The notes: generated by a model from the sequence alone, not told the origin. A DNA stretch of 64,000 nt from an uncultured Acidobacteriota bacterium (GCA_963702425.1 CAVPCQ010000018.1:64001-128000), one strand, 5' to 3'. Counted from the stretch's first letter, positions 1-12,816 are shown. Program-made: numbers and translations.

Positions 1-225
1 CAGGATCGGCTGCCCGGCCGCCAGCTGCTCGGGCGAGATCACCGTCGGTGTCGTCGCCTGGACCTCGACCGGCCCGCGGAACTTACCGGACAGCGGGATG
101 AACGCCCCGACCGCGACGACCGCGAGCAGCGGCCAGAGCAGCCAGCGTCCGAACCGGCGCCGCCCGGCGCGGGCCGGCCCCTTGTCGATCCGCAACGAGG
201 TCAGCTTGCTCTTCAGGTCGGTCAC
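1..225 (-). CDS. Efflux RND/ABC periplasmic adaptor-like protein, N-terminal part (runs off window)
   Basis: GTG at 225 with GGAG upstream. Translates MTDLKSKLTSLRIDKG...RWLLWPLLAVVAVGAF...PVEVQATTP...GQPIL, a basic N-terminus plus one TM helix typical of membrane-fusion proteins. Not in the ORF track. Confidence 0.55.
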   Translation of the reverse strand, partial: MTDLKSKLTSLRIDKGPARAGRRRFGRWLLWPLLAVVAVGAFIPLSGKFRGPVEVQATTPTVISPEQLAAGQPIL

Positions 226-291
226 GTCAGCTCCATCCCTGCGCCGGCGCCCAGGCCCGGGTCGACGGGAACCCGTGATTCTAGCGGCCGG

Positions 292-2145
292 TCAGCGAAG
301 CGGCGAGAGCGGCACATCGAGCGGTCCGGTCAGCCGGAAGACCGGCATCAGACCCACCGTCTCGTCCCAGTACGGGGTACGGCGGTACCACCACAGGTAG
401 CGCGCCGTCGGGTCCTTCGCGAGCGCCGGGTCCGCCTCGAGCGCGGCGCTCCACTCGGCGGCCACCCCGGGATCCTTCAACATGTCGGTCGCCAGCCGGT
501 GCAGAACCGAGGGGTCGATGTACTCCTTGCGCTCGAAGACGGTGTCGAGCATTCCCCACGCGGCGAGCGAGTCGGGCGATTCGGGCTCGAGCAGCTGCGC
601 CGCGACCTCGAAGTCCGGCTGGTCGGCGGGGACGAAGAGCGTGCCGGCCGGGAACCGCCGCGTCGCCGTCTCGCGCGTCACCTGGAACGCCACGCGCACC
701 CGTCCCTGGTACGAACGGCTCTCGTACTTCGGCTCGGCGAGGCGCAGGGTTTCGACCGTCAGCTCCGCCGGCCCGTCGAGACGCCGGACCGTGAGCCCGT
801 GCGCCCGGAGCTTCTCCTCGAGCACCGGCCAGCCGGGCGCGACCAGGTACCCGCGCGGCCGCGTCGTCGTCGCCTTCGGCCTGGCGCGGTGCGACCAGGG
901 GACGTCGAGCGAGTTCGCCTTCGAGCGGTCGTACTGCAGGACCTTGCGCCCCAGCGGCTGCGAATCGACGACCGTGAAGTCGAAGAACGGGACCCGGACG
1001 GGGGTCGTCCGGTCGTCGATCGTCCACTCGAGCACGATCTCCGAAGGCGGCGCCCCCACCTTGCCCGCCGCGACCGTCCGCTCCTCCGCCTCGGCCACCG
1101 CCTTCTCGAGAGCCAGGCCGGATGTCCCCACCTGCCGCACCAGCAGCGCCAGGAAGTCGCGAAGCGCCGCCACCCGCTCCCCGTACGGCTTGTAGGAGTG
1201 CATCTCGACCAGGACCGTCGGACGGTTCCGCAGGTTGAAGTAGCCGGTCGACAGGCGCGGCTCGCCGACCCACGACTCGAACCCCTTTGCCGGGTCGGTT
1301 CCGTCCTTCAGGTCGACGTACGGCCCGATGCGGCGCCCGCCGCGCGCCATCGCCGAGACGACCGGCGGCAGGTTGAACGACCACCACTCCTGGATCGACG
1401 GCGCGGCCTGCGGGGCCTCGATCAGCGCGAAGGTCAGGGTCCACTCGAGGTCGACGCCGTCGGTGACGTGCGTGTCGACGTGCAGGTGGGGTCGCCAGGC
1501 GTTGAACAGGCCGACCAGCGCCCGGGCCTCCGGGCTCTCCAGCTTGATGTGGTCGCGGTTGAGGTCGAGTCCGTTGGCCGTGGTGCGGAACCCCATCCCC
1601 GCGCGCGGCCCGTCCTGGTTCGGCCGGTTGAAGGGCGAGACGCGCTCGTGCCCGTCCACGTTGTAGATCGGGACCAGCAGCAACGTCGCCGCGTCGAGCA
1701 GGGCCGGCGCGTGCCCCAGCGCGATGTCGCGCAGGAGGATCAGCAAGGCGTCCTTGCCGTCGATCTCCCCGGAGTGGATTCCGGCGACGATGAAGACGAT
1801 CGGCTTGTCCAGCGCCTGCGCCGCGGCGGGGGTGACGGCGCCCTCCTTCGACACGACCACGTACGGCATCGGGCGCCCTTCGCCCGACGTGCCGTAGAAG
1901 CCGAGCCGCAGCGCGGGGGACTGCGCCTCGAGCCGCCGCAGGAAGGCGATCGTGTCGTCGTAGGAGGGAGTGGACTGGAAATCGGCGGCTTCGGCGGGGG
2001 TTCGCCAGGCCGCGGTCTCGGTGGCCTCGTCGCCCGGATCGTGCCCGTGCTCTTCGCCCGCCCGGGCCGGCGCGGTGCCCGGGCCGGCCAGGAGGGCCAG
2101 CCCCACGGCCAGGAGCGCGGAGAGCCCCGCGACCCCCCGGCTCAC
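292..2145 (-). CDS. M14 family zinc carboxypeptidase, secreted
   Basis: Signal peptide from GTG 2145 (GTGA overlap with upstream stop). Motifs AGIHSGEIDG, YNVDGHE, DLNRD, DTHVTDG. Confidence 0.85.
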   Translation of the reverse strand: MSRGVAGLSALLAVGLALLAGPGTAPARAGEEHGHDPGDEATETAAWRTPAEAADFQSTPSYDDTIAFLRRLEAQSPALRLGFYGTSGEGRPMPYVVVSKEGAVTPAAAQALDKPIVFIVAGIHSGEIDGKDALLILLRDIALGHAPALLDAATLLLVPIYNVDGHERVSPFNRPNQDGPRAGMGFRTTANGLDLNRDHIKLESPEARALVGLFNAWRPHLHVDTHVTDGVDLEWTLTFALIEAPQAAPSIQEWWSFNLPPVVSAMARGGRRIGPYVDLKDGTDPAKGFESWVGEPRLSTGYFNLRNRPTVLVEMHSYKPYGERVAALRDFLALLVRQVGTSGLALEKAVAEAEERTVAAGKVGAPPSEIVLEWTIDDRTTPVRVPFFDFTVVDSQPLGRKVLQYDRSKANSLDVPWSHRARPKATTTRPRGYLVAPGWPVLEEKLRAHGLTVRRLDGPAELTVETLRLAEPKYESRSYQGRVRVAFQVTRETATRRFPAGTLFVPADQPDFEVAAQLLEPESPDSLAAWGMLDTVFERKEYIDPSVLHRLATDMLKDPGVAAEWSAALEADPALAKDPTARYLWWYRRTPYWDETVGLMPVFRLTGPLDVPLSPLR

Positions 2146-3650
2146 GGCGCGTTCTTGATCTCGGTCTCGAGCTCGGCGAGGCGCGTGCGCTTCTGGCCGA
2201 GACGCTCCTCGACCCCCCCGATCTTCTCGTCGAGACCGCGCCGCATCTCTTCCGCCCGCCCGCCGTCTTTCAGCCCCGCCAGCGCCTGGCGCCAGCGGTC
2301 GATGTGGCCCAGGTCGCGGGCGATCGACTCGCGCAGCGCCTCGGCCTGCTCGCGCTTGCGCGACACCGTCTCCTGCTTCTGGTGGGTCCACTCGGTGCGG
2401 CGGTGCTTGCGCTCATCCTGTGCGCGGGCGAAGACCTTGTCGCAGGCCGTGCGGAAGCGCTCCCAGAGCTGGTCGGAGAGCGCCCGCGGCACCGTCCCGA
2501 CCGTCTTCCACTCGGCCTGCAGCAGCTTGCCCTGCTCGCAGGCCCCGAACACGTCGGGCGACGCGATCAGCGCCTCCGCCGCCTCGCAGAGCGCGATCTT
2601 CCGCTGCTTGTGGGCTTCGCGGTCGTGCGAGGCCTGGGACTGCGTCGCGCGCCGCCGGTCGAAGAAGGCCCCGCGCGCGGCGCGGAACCGTTCCCAGAGC
2701 GACTCCTCCACGTCGCGCCCGGCCCAGCCCGCGGCCTTCCACGCGACCATCATCTCTTCCATCGCGTGGGCGGTCTTCTCGAGCTCGGTCGACTCGACGA
2801 GCGCCTCGGCCTGCGCGCACAACTCTTCCTTCCGGCGCCGGGCCTCGGTGCGATCGCTGGCCTGCTGGGTGCGGTTCTCGTCGCGCCGCTGGAAGAACGC
2901 GTCGAGTGCGCCGCGGAACCGCTTCCACAGCAGCTCGTCATCCTCGCGCGACGCCGAGCCCAGCGTCTTCCACCGCTCCTGCAGCGCCTTCATCTTGTCC
3001 GCGGTCTGCGTCCACGACGTCAGGTTCATCAGCGACTCGGCGACGCCGATCAACGCTTCCTTCCCGGCGCGCTGGGCGGCCTGGTAGTCCAGCACCTCGC
3101 GGCGCAGCGACTCGAGCCGAGCGAGCAGGGAGTCGAAGTCGCCGAGGGCGTCGGCGGTCTGGATCTGCTCGACCAGCCGCCCGGTGCGCTCGGAGAAACG
3201 GCCCTTGTTCGTGGCGGCCTGGATCTCCCGCTCCAGCTCGGCGGTCTTGGCCTCGAGACGCTGGAAGCGCTCGACGTAGAACGCGAACGCCGTCCGCTTG
3301 CCGCGCCCCTTGAGCGGGCCGAGCGCCCGCCCCTTGAAGAGGGCGCCGTCCTTCTGGTGAACGACGTCCTGGGCGTCGACCCACCCCCACTCCTCTCCGG
3401 GGATCGGTCCCGTCTCCGGCACCGGCGCGGCGACGGGCGGCGGCGGCGTGGGAGGGGGTGGAATCTCGGCGGGCGGGGGCGGCAGCTCCGCGACCTCTGC
3501 GGGCGCCGGGAGCGCGTCGTGCGGTTCCGGCGCGGGGAGCTCCCCGTGGGATTCGGACCCCTCCGGCTCGGGCCAGGTGGGGGGCGCGGGGCGATCCGTG
3601 GAGTCGTCACCCGCGGGCAGGTCGCTGTGCAGGACGTCGTCGTGGCTCAT
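2142..3650 (-). CDS. DUF349 domain-containing protein
   Basis: Pro-rich N-terminus, then three helical repeats of type K..L...AE.L....W...G......LW.RFR.A...FF. Confidence 0.8.
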   Translation of the reverse strand: MSHDDVLHSDLPAGDDSTDRPAPPTWPEPEGSESHGELPAPEPHDALPAPAEVAELPPPPAEIPPPPTPPPPVAAPVPETGPIPGEEWGWVDAQDVVHQKDGALFKGRALGPLKGRGKRTAFAFYVERFQRLEAKTAELEREIQAATNKGRFSERTGRLVEQIQTADALGDFDSLLARLESLRREVLDYQAAQRAGKEALIGVAESLMNLTSWTQTADKMKALQERWKTLGSASREDDELLWKRFRGALDAFFQRRDENRTQQASDRTEARRRKEELCAQAEALVESTELEKTAHAMEEMMVAWKAAGWAGRDVEESLWERFRAARGAFFDRRRATQSQASHDREAHKQRKIALCEAAEALIASPDVFGACEQGKLLQAEWKTVGTVPRALSDQLWERFRTACDKVFARAQDERKHRRTEWTHQKQETVSRKREQAEALRESIARDLGHIDRWRQALAGLKDGGRAEEMRRGLDEKIGGVEERLGQKRTRLAELETEIKNAP

Positions 3651-3818
3651 GGTTCTGCTTTCCGGTGTGTGAGTTGGCGTCGGCGGCCGGGAAGCCTCGG
3701 GACCCCCGGCAGGGCCGCAAGAGCATACTCGCGGGACGGGGGGGCGACTACCGAGAATGAGCTTCCCGGGGCGCTGCCGGCCCCGCAGCAGGCCTCCCTC
3801 CCCGAAGCCGCCCGGTGT

Positions 3819-5108
3819 TCAACCAGGAACGACCTCGTACAGCAGCGAGCCACCCCGTGGCGCGAGCGCCCGGCGCGCGCCGGGCGCGGCGTTCCCCGCG
3901 AGCTTCCGCGCCGCCTCGTCGAGTGACGTGACGCGCTCGATGTGCGCCGCGGCGAGCAGCTCGTCGGGCAGTTCGGTCAGCGCCATCACCCGAAACCGGC
4001 GGGTCTTCTCGGCCAGCGCGAGGGCGGTGTGCAGCCCGACGCGGAACTCGCGCCGCAGCTCGTCTTCGATCGCCGCCGGCGTTCCGAGCGCGAGCCCGTC
4101 CGCCAGCTCGCGGTTCCCCGCGCCGTCGCCGCACGCCGCCACGAGGACGACCGTTCCGCCGTCCCGCACGACGGGGGCGACCGCGTCGAGCGCCTTGTGC
4201 GCCTGGACCAGGTCGCGATCGGCCGGGGCGCCACCGGCGGAGACGATCACGACGTCGAGCAGGGCGTCGAGGCGCACGCGGTGCGCCGCCGCGTAGCGCG
4301 CCGCGGCGCGGGCGTGGTCCTCGAACGCGTCGCCGGCGGTGGCCGACCACCCGCCCTCCGCGCCGGCCGCGCCGTCCATGATGTGCAGCAGGGTCGCCGG
4401 CGGGAACAGACGCGCCGCCTCGACGGCCGCCGCGTGGACCGGGTTCCCCTCGAGCAGACCGGCGCGCGCGGAGGGGTGTCGTCCCCCACCGGGCCGCGCG
4501 GACAGGCAGCAGCGGTGCACGGCCAGGATCGTCGGCCGCGCCGCGACGCCGGGGACCAACATCTTGCGGCCGCCGCCGAACCCGGCGAGGTAGTGGAAGA
4601 CGATCCGTCCCAGCGCCAGCACCGCGCCGGCGCGCGCGACCGCCGGATGCGCGGCGACCGGGATGCCGGAGGCGGTCGTGCCCAGGAACTCGGCGGGCGC
4701 GTCGGCGTCGTGAGGCAGCGCGATGACGCGGGCCGCGGCGGCGGGTCCGATCCAGGCGCGGAGCTCGGCCGGCGACATCGGGCGGTGCAGGCCGGAAGCG
4801 GGGACCAGGTCGACCCGCGCACACGGCACGCCCGCCGCCTCGAGCGCATCGAGCGTAGCGGGCAGCATCTCCGGCAGCGGCAACGCGCGTGTCCGGTCCG
4901 GGACGACCAGCGCGAGCCGGTCGCTCGCACCGAGTTCGCGCGCGGCGCGGGAAGCGGCGAGGCGCACGGCGGCGTCGAATCCGGTGGGCGCGGGGGACGA
5001 GGTCTCCGCGCCCGGGAGCGGCTCGAGCCAGGGAAGGTCGTGCCAGTTCTCCGGCAGCGGGAGGCGGGTTCGACCCCACGCGAGGGTGCGATCGGCCGGT
5101 GCAGTCAC
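3819..5108 (-). CDS. LarA-family (nickel pincer cofactor) racemase/epimerase
   Basis: Motifs PDRTR, GLHR, HYLAGFGGGRKMLVPGVA, SAGGAPADRDLVQAHKA. Start placed at GTG 5108, 7 nt after TAGCAT; ATG 5117 is an alternative. Confidence 0.8.
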   Translation of the reverse strand: MTAPADRTLAWGRTRLPLPENWHDLPWLEPLPGAETSSPAPTGFDAAVRLAASRAARELGASDRLALVVPDRTRALPLPEMLPATLDALEAAGVPCARVDLVPASGLHRPMSPAELRAWIGPAAAARVIALPHDADAPAEFLGTTASGIPVAAHPAVARAGAVLALGRIVFHYLAGFGGGRKMLVPGVAARPTILAVHRCCLSARPGGGRHPSARAGLLEGNPVHAAAVEAARLFPPATLLHIMDGAAGAEGGWSATAGDAFEDHARAAARYAAAHRVRLDALLDVVIVSAGGAPADRDLVQAHKALDAVAPVVRDGGTVVLVAACGDGAGNRELADGLALGTPAAIEDELRREFRVGLHTALALAEKTRRFRVMALTELPDELLAAAHIERVTSLDEAARKLAGNAAPGARRALAPRGGSLLYEVVPG

Positions 5109-5268
5109 GGGCCGCATGCTACCCCCGACCCGTCCGGCGCTTCACCGGTGATGCGGATCGGCGGGGCCAGGGGGCTCGCCGCCGCAGGGGCCGGGGAGGC
5201 ATACTCCGCCATCCCCCGGAGGCGCCCTCCCGGCGTCCCGCGTGCGCCGCCCAGCCCGAGGAACCCCC

Positions 5269-6936
<1,668 letters not shown>

Positions 6937-6988
6937 CGACGCGGCGCCCCCCTGCCTGGAAAAGCGCCCCGCGTCGCGCCTGGCAGGC

Positions 6989-7018
6989 AAAAAAAAGCCC
7001 CCCGGATCGGGGGGCTTT
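6989..7018. terminator. Intrinsic terminator between convergent mutase and histone-like genes
   Basis: A8-GCCCCCCG-gat-CGGGGGGC-TTT. Strong U-tract on the minus strand. Confidence 0.85.
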
Positions 7019-7047
7019 CCTTCGAAGGATGCTTTTAGTAGATCGCT

Positions 7048-7326
7048 TTAGAAAGCGGGCGGCGGTTCGATCGGCTTGGCCGTCTTGCGCGCCATCTTCT
7101 TTGTGGCCTTCTTGGTGGCCTTCTTCCGCGCGACCTTCTTGGTGGCCTTCTTCCGCGCGACTTTCTTCGTGGCCTTCTTGCGAAGGACCTTCTTGGTGGC
7201 CTTCTTGCGAAGGACCTTCTTCACGGCCTTCCGGCGGACGGCCTTCTTCACGGCCTTCCGGCGGACGGCCTTCTTCACGGCCTTCCGGCGGACGGCTTTC
7301 TTCACGGCTTTCCTTCTAGCCAGCAT
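7048..7326 (-). CDS. Histone H1-like Lys/Arg/Ala-rich repeat protein (copy 1, 92 aa)
   Basis: AAGGA RBS, ATG 7326. KAVKKAVRR and KKATKKVAR 9-aa repeats. Has its own terminator. Confidence 0.85.
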   Translation of the reverse strand: MLARRKAVKKAVRRKAVKKAVRRKAVKKAVRRKAVKKVLRKKATKKVLRKKATKKVARKKATKKVARKKATKKATKKMARKTAKPIEPPPAF

Positions 7327-7404
7327 GGTTCCTTGCCTCCTCGAGGGCGCCCATCGCCCTCCGGATTCCTGCGAGCGTCCCCGCAGAGGGTGCACACCTC
7401 ACGG

Positions 7405-7436
7405 AATATATGCTTGCCGTTGTTCGCCACTGTCAA
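7405..7436 (-). promoter_or_regulatory. Putative sigma-70 promoter of histone-like gene copy 1
   Basis: Perfect TTGACA (7436-7431) followed by AT-rich CATATATT. Spacing to the best hexamer (18-20 nt) is not ideal. Confidence 0.5.
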
Positions 7437-7523
7437 GAGCCATCCGCCTCTTTTTTTGAAGTTCGGGGCGTGCACGCGGCGCCTCGGAGCGGGTCGCGGA
7501 GCGGCGCAGCGTCGCGCCCGGGG

Positions 7524-7551
7524 AAAAAAAAGCCCCCCGCGTGCGGGGGGC
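7524..7551 (-). terminator. Intrinsic terminator of histone-like gene copy 2
   Basis: A8-GCCCCCCGC-gt-GCGGGGGGC, paralogous to the 6989 terminator. Confidence 0.85.
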
Positions 7552-7662
7552 CTGTCCTTCGAAGGCCTTCGATGCTGGAGCGACCACCCTGTCCGACGCG
7601 CTTGTGCGAGCGGCGACCGGAGCGCCTGCCTCGACCGCGCCGTCAGGGCGCCGTCCTTGTTC

Positions 7663-8040
7663 CTACCCCTCGTTGTTCAGCGCGTTGAGGATGGCCTTGC
7701 GGACCACCGCCTTGCGGACCACCGCCTTGCGGACGGCCTTGCGGACCACCGCCTTGCGGACGGCCTTGCGGACCACCGCCTTGCGGACGACCTTGCGGCG
7801 GACGGCCTTGCGGACCACCGCCTTGCGGACGGCCTTGCGGCGGACGGCCTTGCGGACGGCCTTGCGGCGCACGGCCTTGCGGACGGCCTTGCGGCGCACG
7901 GCCTTGCGGACGGCCTTGCGGCGGACGGCCTTGCGAACGGCCTTGCGGCGCGTGGCCTTCTTCACGGCCTTCCGACGCGTCGCCTTCTTGACGGCCTTCC
8001 TGCGTGTCGCCTTCTTCGTGGCCTTCTTGCGAGTTGCCAT
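7663..8040 (-). CDS. Histone H1-like Lys/Arg/Ala/Val-rich repeat protein (copy 2, 125 aa)
   Basis: GGAGG RBS, ATG 8040. MATRKKATKK followed by KAVR/KAVRR/KAVVR repeats. Confidence 0.85.
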   Translation of the reverse strand: MATRKKATKKATRRKAVKKATRRKAVKKATRRKAVRKAVRRKAVRKAVRRKAVRKAVRRKAVRKAVRRKAVRKAVVRKAVRRKVVRKAVVRKAVRKAVVRKAVRKAVVRKAVVRKAILNALNNEG

Positions 8041-8201
8041 GCTTCGTGCCTCCGCGGGGGGGATCGCCCTCCCGTTCCGTGCGGGCGTCCCCGCGACGGC
8101 GTGCACCTAGGCGCCTTTGTGCGCGCGCGGCGCTCAACTGTCAAGGGCCATCGGTGCGGAATGCGCGCGCGGAGGTCGCCGGGACCGCGCCGCGTCGCGC
8201 G

Positions 8202-9647
<1,446 letters not shown>

Positions 9648-9750
9648 TCGCGAACCTCCCGGTGCCGCGACGGGAAGGGAAACTGCAGAAATATAGGGCC
9701 ACGATCGCCGGGTTTTCAACGCCAAAGAGGCGCAGGTGACCCAGAAAATA

Positions 9751-9763
9751 GGTCAAAGTGACC
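9751..9763. promoter_or_regulatory. Putative enhancer (UAS) palindrome
   Basis: GGTCA-aag-TGACC, with extra half-sites at 9737-9741 and 9776-9780. About 106 bp upstream of the predicted sigma-54 start. Confidence 0.6.
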
Positions 9764-9797
9764 CTTGTCGGCCATGGTCAACCAGCCGTAGGCCTGT

Positions 9798-9810
9798 TAT
9801 CAACAACTTA
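9798..9810 (+). promoter_or_regulatory. IHF binding site
   Basis: TATCAACAACTTA matches WATCAANNNNTTR and lies between the UAS and the promoter. Confidence 0.65.
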
Positions 9811-9836
9811 GGTGATTTCTCGGCCCTGTTCAAAGA

Positions 9837-9852
9837 TGGCAAGACCCTTGCA
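9837..9852 (+). promoter_or_regulatory. Sigma-54 -24/-12 promoter
   Basis: TGGCAAGACCCTTGCA, GG-N10-GC, divergent from a sigma-54 activator gene. Confidence 0.8.
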
Positions 9853-9907
9853 GTTTGAACTCGGCACCGGGTGAGTCGAATCCGCAATCCGTGGGAGCAG
9901 CAAAGCC

Positions 9908-10123
9908 ATGACCAGAGCGAGCGCGGCGCGGAAGACGGTGACCAGGGGTCGCCGGAAGATGGTAGTGACGGGCGAGAAGTTCGTCCGGTTCGCCTTCAAC
10001 GGGCACGACTACGTGCTCGATCTCGGGCGCAACCGCGTGTACGAGAACTTCACCGCGGTCGAGGCGAGCAAGGGGTTCGCCATCCTCGGCTTCTATCGCC
10101 AGTCGTCCCCGGCCCAGGTCTGA
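9908..10123 (+). CDS. Small hypothetical protein (71 aa)
   Basis: GGAG upstream, GC3-rich codons, bracketed by a sigma-54 promoter and a terminator. Confidence 0.75.
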   Translation: MTRASAARKTVTRGRRKMVVTGEKFVRFAFNGHDYVLDLGRNRVYENFTAVEASKGFAILGFYRQSSPAQV

Positions 10124-10133
10124 CGTAACGACC

Positions 10134-10169
10134 CGGCGTGCGGCCCCGGTCGCGCGCCGTTTTCCTTTT
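10134..10169 (+). terminator. Intrinsic terminator after the 71-aa gene
   Basis: CGGCGTGCGGC-cccg-GTCGCGCGCCG then TTTTCCTTTT. Confidence 0.75.
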
Positions 10170-10242
10170 GTCTTGATGCGCGGAGGGTTCATCCCTCCGC
10201 GCATCGCTTTCTCCCCTCCCCGGTTTCCTGTAGGTTCCGCGC

Positions 10243-10929
10243 GTGGTTCGCTGGCAGCGGGGCGATCTCGAGGTGACCGTGCTCTCCGCGCACGGCGGCG
10301 TCTCGATCGCCGTGCTCTTCCGCCAGGCCGACCGCTTCCTGCTCGTGGACGCAGGCGACGGCGCGGCACGCGACCTCGCGCAGCTCCCGGTCCCGGTCGC
10401 GGCGCTCGAGGGGATCGTCGTCACGCACGACCACGGCGATCACGCGGCCGGGCTGCCGGCGCTGCTCTGGTGGCTGCGGCTGGGAGGGCGGGCCGCGCCG
10501 GTCCCGGTTCTGCTCCCCGGCGAAGCTCCCCTCGCGCGCGGCGGGATCGCGCTCTTCTTCGCGGCGCTCGGCGCGCGGGCCCGCCTCGCGATCGACACGC
10601 GGACCACCGTGCCGGAGCGGCTCGAGCGGTTCGGGCCGTTCGCGGTGACGCCGTTTGCAGCGCGGCACCGGCGTTCGCAGGCGGACCCACCCGGGCTGCT
10701 GATGGAGGCCTACGGGCTGCGGATCGAAGCGGCGGGCGCGCGCGTCGTCGTCAGCGGCGACACCGGCCCCTCGGCACGGCTCGAGCGCGAGGCGGAGGGG
10801 GCGGACCTCGCGCTGCTCGAGGCCGGAGCGGGGGAACGCGCCGAAGCGCCGGCCGACACCCACCTGACGCGCGCGGAGGCGGAGCGGATCGGCCGCCTCG
10901 CGCGGGAGTTCCGGCTCTACCACGGGTGA
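10243..10929 (+). CDS. MBL-fold metallo-hydrolase (RNase Z-like)
   Basis: LVDAGDG, THDHGDH, SGDTG, LLEA, THL motifs. Confidence 0.8.
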   Translation: MVRWQRGDLEVTVLSAHGGVSIAVLFRQADRFLLVDAGDGAARDLAQLPVPVAALEGIVVTHDHGDHAAGLPALLWWLRLGGRAAPVPVLLPGEAPLARGGIALFFAALGARARLAIDTRTTVPERLERFGPFAVTPFAARHRRSQADPPGLLMEAYGLRIEAAGARVVVSGDTGPSARLEREAEGADLALLEAGAGERAEAPADTHLTRAEAERIGRLAREFRLYHG

Positions 10930-11109
10930 CACCGGACGCGGGGTCGGCCTGGAAGCTCCCGGGAGTTCTGCAACAATGAAGCGGGCCGGTGACGCTGCGC
11001 GGCCGCGGGCTGCGGCTCGTCGAGCCCGGCGGAACGTACCGGGCCGCGTTCCGGATCCGGGTGGACGCGAGCGCCTGAAGATCCTGCCGGAGCGGAAGGG
11101 GACACCGAC

Positions 11110-12753
11110 ATGACGGCACGAGCCCTCTCGACCACCGAACTCCCGGCGTGGAAGGCCCTCGAAGCGCACTTCCCGAGGGTGCGCGAGCTGCACCTGGGCG
11201 GGCTGTTCGCGGACGATCCCGCGCGCGGCGTGCGGATGACCGCCGAGGCCGCCGGCCTGTTCCTCGACTATTCGAAGAACCGCGTCACCGACGAGACGCT
11301 GCGGTTGCTCGTCCGGCTGGCCGAGGAGTCGGGCCTCCGGGCGCGGATCGACGCGATGTTCCGGGGCGAGAAGATCAACGTGACGGAGGGGCGGGCCGTG
11401 CTCCACGTGGCCCTGCGCGCCCCGCGCGGCGCATCGATCGTCGTCGACGGCGGAAACGTGGTCCCGGAGGTCCACGCCGTGCTCGATCGGATGGCCGCAT
11501 TCGCCGAGCGGGTCCGCGGCGGCGCCTTCAAGGGGCACAGCGGCCGGCGGATCCGGAACGTCGTCAACATCGGGATCGGCGGCTCCGACCTCGGACCCGT
11601 GATGGCCTACGAGGCCCTGCGCTTCTACAGCGAGCGCTCGATGACCTTCCGCTTCGTCTCCAACGTCGACGGCACCGATTTCGTGGAAGCGGTCCGCGAC
11701 CTCGACCCGGCCGAGACGCTGTTCATCGTCTCCTCGAAGACCTTCACCACGCTCGAGACGATGACGAACGCGCAGTCGGCACGGGAGTGGCTGCTCGCGG
11801 GCCTCGGAGGCGACGAGCAGGCGATCGCGCGGCACTTCGTGGCCGTCTCGACGAACGCCCGGGAAGTGGAGAAGTTCGGCATCGACACCGCCAACATGTT
11901 CGGCTTCTGGGACTGGGTCGGCGGGCGCTACTCGATGAGCTCGGCGATCGGCCTCTCGACGATGCTGGCGATCGGACCGGACGCCTTCCGCGCGCTGCTG
12001 GGCGGCTTCCACGCGATGGACGAGCACTTCCGCACCGCGCCCTTCGAGCGCAACCTGCCGGTGCTGATGGGCCTGCTCGCCGTCTGGTACAACGACTTCT
12101 TCGGCGCCGGGACCGTGGCGGTGCTGCCGTACGAGCAGTACCTGAAGCGCTTCCCGGCCTACCTGCAACAGCTGATGATGGAGAGCAACGGCAAGCGCGT
12201 GACGCTCGACGGTGATCCCGTGGCCTGCGACACCGGCCCGATCTATTGGGGTGAGCCGGGGACCAACGGCCAACACTCCTTCTACCAGCTCATCCACCAG
12301 GGCACGCGGCTCATCCCCTGCGATTTCATCGCCTTCGCCCAGCCGCTCGACCCGCTCGGCCGGCACCACGACATCCTGCTTGCCAACGCCTTCGCGCAGG
12401 CCGAGGCGCTGGCCTTCGGCAAGACGGCCGAGGCGGTTCGGGCCGAAGGGTCGCCCGAGTGGCTCGTCCCTCACCGGGTCTTCGAGGGGAATCGCCCGTC
12501 CAACGTCCTGCTCGCCGACCGGCTGACGCCGGCGATGCTGGGCACGCTGGTCGCCGTCTACGAGCACTCCGCGTTCACGCAGGCGGCGATCTGGCAGGTC
12601 AATCCCTTCGACCAGTGGGGCGTCGAGCTGGGCAAGGTCCTGGCGCAGCGGATCGTCCCGGAGCTGGAGAGCGGAGCGGAGCCGGTGCTGGCCCACGACA
12701 GCTCGACCAACAACCTGATCCGTCGCTGCCGGAGCACGCAGCGAGGGAGTTGA
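11110..12753 (+). CDS. pgi: Glucose-6-phosphate isomerase
   Basis: [54 protein letters not shown]. Confidence 0.97.
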   Translation: MTARALSTTELPAWKALEAHFPRVRELHLGGLFADDPARGVRMTAEAAGLFLDYSKNRVTDETLRLLVRLAEESGLRARIDAMFRGEKINVTEGRAVLHVALRAPRGASIVVDGGNVVPEVHAVLDRMAAFAERVRGGAFKGHSGRRIRNVVNIGIGGSDLGPVMAYEALRFYSERSMTFRFVSNVDGTDFVEAVRDLDPAETLFIVSSKTFTTLETMTNAQSAREWLLAGLGGDEQAIARHFVAVSTNAREVEKFGIDTANMFGFWDWVGGRYSMSSAIGLSTMLAIGPDAFRALLGGFHAMDEHFRTAPFERNLPVLMGLLAVWYNDFFGAGTVAVLPYEQYLKRFPAYLQQLMMESNGKRVTLDGDPVACDTGPIYWGEPGTNGQHSFYQLIHQGTRLIPCDFIAFAQPLDPLGRHHDILLANAFAQAEALAFGKTAEAVRAEGSPEWLVPHRVFEGNRPSNVLLADRLTPAMLGTLVAVYEHSAFTQAAIWQVNPFDQWGVELGKVLAQRIVPELESGAEPVLAHDSSTNNLIRRCRSTQRGS

Positions 12754-12816
12754 TCGGCGTCGGGCGCGCCGGCCCCCGCGCAACCCTGCCCTCGACGACC
12801 GCGGCTCGCTCGAGCC

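Noticed and set aside
499-3087. Very long antisense or alternate-frame ORFs (also 3942-6596, 10189-12783, 35465-38371, 51669-55046 and others)
   Set aside because: They are Arg/Gly/Pro-rich, motif-free shadows of real genes, expected in very GC-rich DNA with few stop codons.
7090-8030. Tandem DNA repeats as a possible CRISPR array
   Set aside because: The units are contiguous, codon-phased and have no unique spacers; no cas genes are present.
7076-8110. Plus-strand repeat ORFs (FFTAFRRTA, TALRRTALR)
   Set aside because: They are antisense to the histone-like genes; RBS, promoter and terminator polarity all favour the minus strand.
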